NCBI RefSeq assembly: GCF_002945325.1
Contig: NZ_CP026606.1
Span: forward strand, 1,680,001 to 1,712,000
Direction of reading: 5' to 3'
From: Methanococcus maripaludis
GTDB lineage: Archaea > AGJL01 > Methanococci > Methanococcales > Methanococcaceae
DNA: 32,000 bases
The translations under genes and the position numbers were made by a program. Below are positions 31,372 to 32,000 of this stretch, piece after piece. How positions within the stretch are numbered: position 1 is the first letter of the stretch; each line of letters begins with the position of its first letter. The notes beneath the pieces are model-generated. The model did not search any database, was not told the DNA's origin, and saw only the letters and a program-made list of their open reading frames with translations.

Positions 31372-31635
31372 ATGGATAAAAAATTTTTTGAATGCAAAGT
31401 TTGTGGGGACATTCATCAGGGTAAAAATGGGCCAAATCCCTGTCCAACCTGCGGATCAAAAGATTCCCAAAATGAAATCAAAGGATATACGATTGTAAAA
31501 AAATTCAGTGAATGCAAAGTATGTCAAGATTTTCACTGGGGTGAAAAAGCTCCAAGTCCATGCCCAACGTGCATGACAAAGGACTCTTACGTTGAAATTA
31601 CAAAAGAAGAGCTTCCAGAAAAACTTGGAATGTAA
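31372..31635 (+). CDS. Tandemly duplicated rubredoxin-like (rubrerythrin C-terminal type) zinc/iron-knuckle protein
   Basis: FFECKVCGDIHQGKNGPNPCPTCGSKDSQNEI / FSECKVCQDFHWGEKAPSPCPTCMTKDSYVEI; each repeat has two CxxC motifs. Confidence 0.85.
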   Translation: MDKKFFECKVCGDIHQGKNGPNPCPTCGSKDSQNEIKGYTIVKKFSECKVCQDFHWGEKAPSPCPTCMTKDSYVEITKEELPEKLGM

Positions 31636-31698
31636 CTTTTCTTTTTTAAATTTTTTTATTTTTATATTATTTTAGTTTTAATATCGTTTTCAGCAAGT

Positions 31699-31706
31699 TT
31701 TATATA
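31699..31706 (+). promoter_or_regulatory. TATA box (TTTATATA) upstream of the last ORF
   Basis: TTTATATATTTT about 90 nt upstream of ATG 31793. Confidence 0.5.
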
Positions 31707-31792
31707 TTTTAATGTTAACAATATCTAACATTGAGTTAGAAATAAGTAACATAATGTTTGAAATAATTAACAGTATTTATGGTGATATTACA

Positions 31793-32000
31793 TGTTTGGA
31801 AAACCCGAATGGTTTGAGAGAAGAAAGTACGGCGGTTGGGGACTTCACCCAAAAACATGGCAGGGTTGGCTCTATATTGCAGTAATGGTTCTACCTTACA
31901 TAATATTTCAATCGCTACCTTATTGGGACGAAACAACAAGAACTTACGTTACTGTAGCTTGGGTTTTATTTTTATTGCTTGATGTAGGGCACATCATGGT
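31793..32000 (+). CDS. N-terminal part of a membrane protein of unknown family (truncated by window edge)
   Basis: ATG after GGTGAT (31782-31787); MFGKPEWFERRKYGGWGLHPKTWQGWLYIAVMVLPYIIFQSLPYWDETTRTYVTVAWVLFLLLDVGHIM, open to the window end. Confidence 0.75.

Noticed and set aside
31736-31939. 67-aa minus-strand ORF near the right edge
   Set aside because: Antisense to the ORF at 31793 that has an RBS and a credible membrane-protein sequence.

Overview
This 32 kb window is archaeal, euryarchaeal and Methanococcus-like: AT-rich, TTTATATA promoters, GGTGAT-type ribosome-binding sites, and methanogen-type proteins. It carries mostly housekeeping and biosynthetic genes. In order: C-terminal part of an MCM helicase; a TetR regulator, RND/MMPL exporter and COG1361-like secreted protein cluster; an AI-2E family permease; a PEGA-domain surface protein; (R)-citramalate synthase (cimA); aspartate kinase; a 4xCBS protein; an MJ1647-type extended archaeal histone; RaSEA; an unsplit carB; exonuclease III; archaeal gltX; a bacterial-type RluA-family pseudouridine synthase; dihydroorotase (pyrC); a complete trpCDEGFBA operon; an Nre DNA-repair protein with a C-terminal PIP box; a two-piece LysO-type lysine exporter; a beta-helix surface protein; and a small redox-looking cluster (cupredoxin lipoprotein, mini membrane protein, duplicated rubredoxin-like protein, membrane protein running off the edge). 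The most notable observation is in the roughly 330 nt gap upstream of trpC and is absent from the supplied ORF track. It is a 31-codon ORF, MTYRSEQSETKVESLCKLSSFECVVLFQWWQ*, with a ribosome-binding site, tandem Trp codons just before the stop, and potentially mutually exclusive hairpins plus a T5 tract downstream. This is the architecture of a Trp leader-peptide attenuator, here in an archaeon. The seven trp enzymes contain only 3 Trp residues in about 2,050 aa. Second, near-identical palindromes (ATACCnTCnGGTAGGTAT) lie in front of both the TetR gene and the RND exporter gene, forming a self-contained candidate regulon. No CRISPR array, rRNA, tRNA or transposase was recognised. All structures were found by eye; no folding or database search was run.
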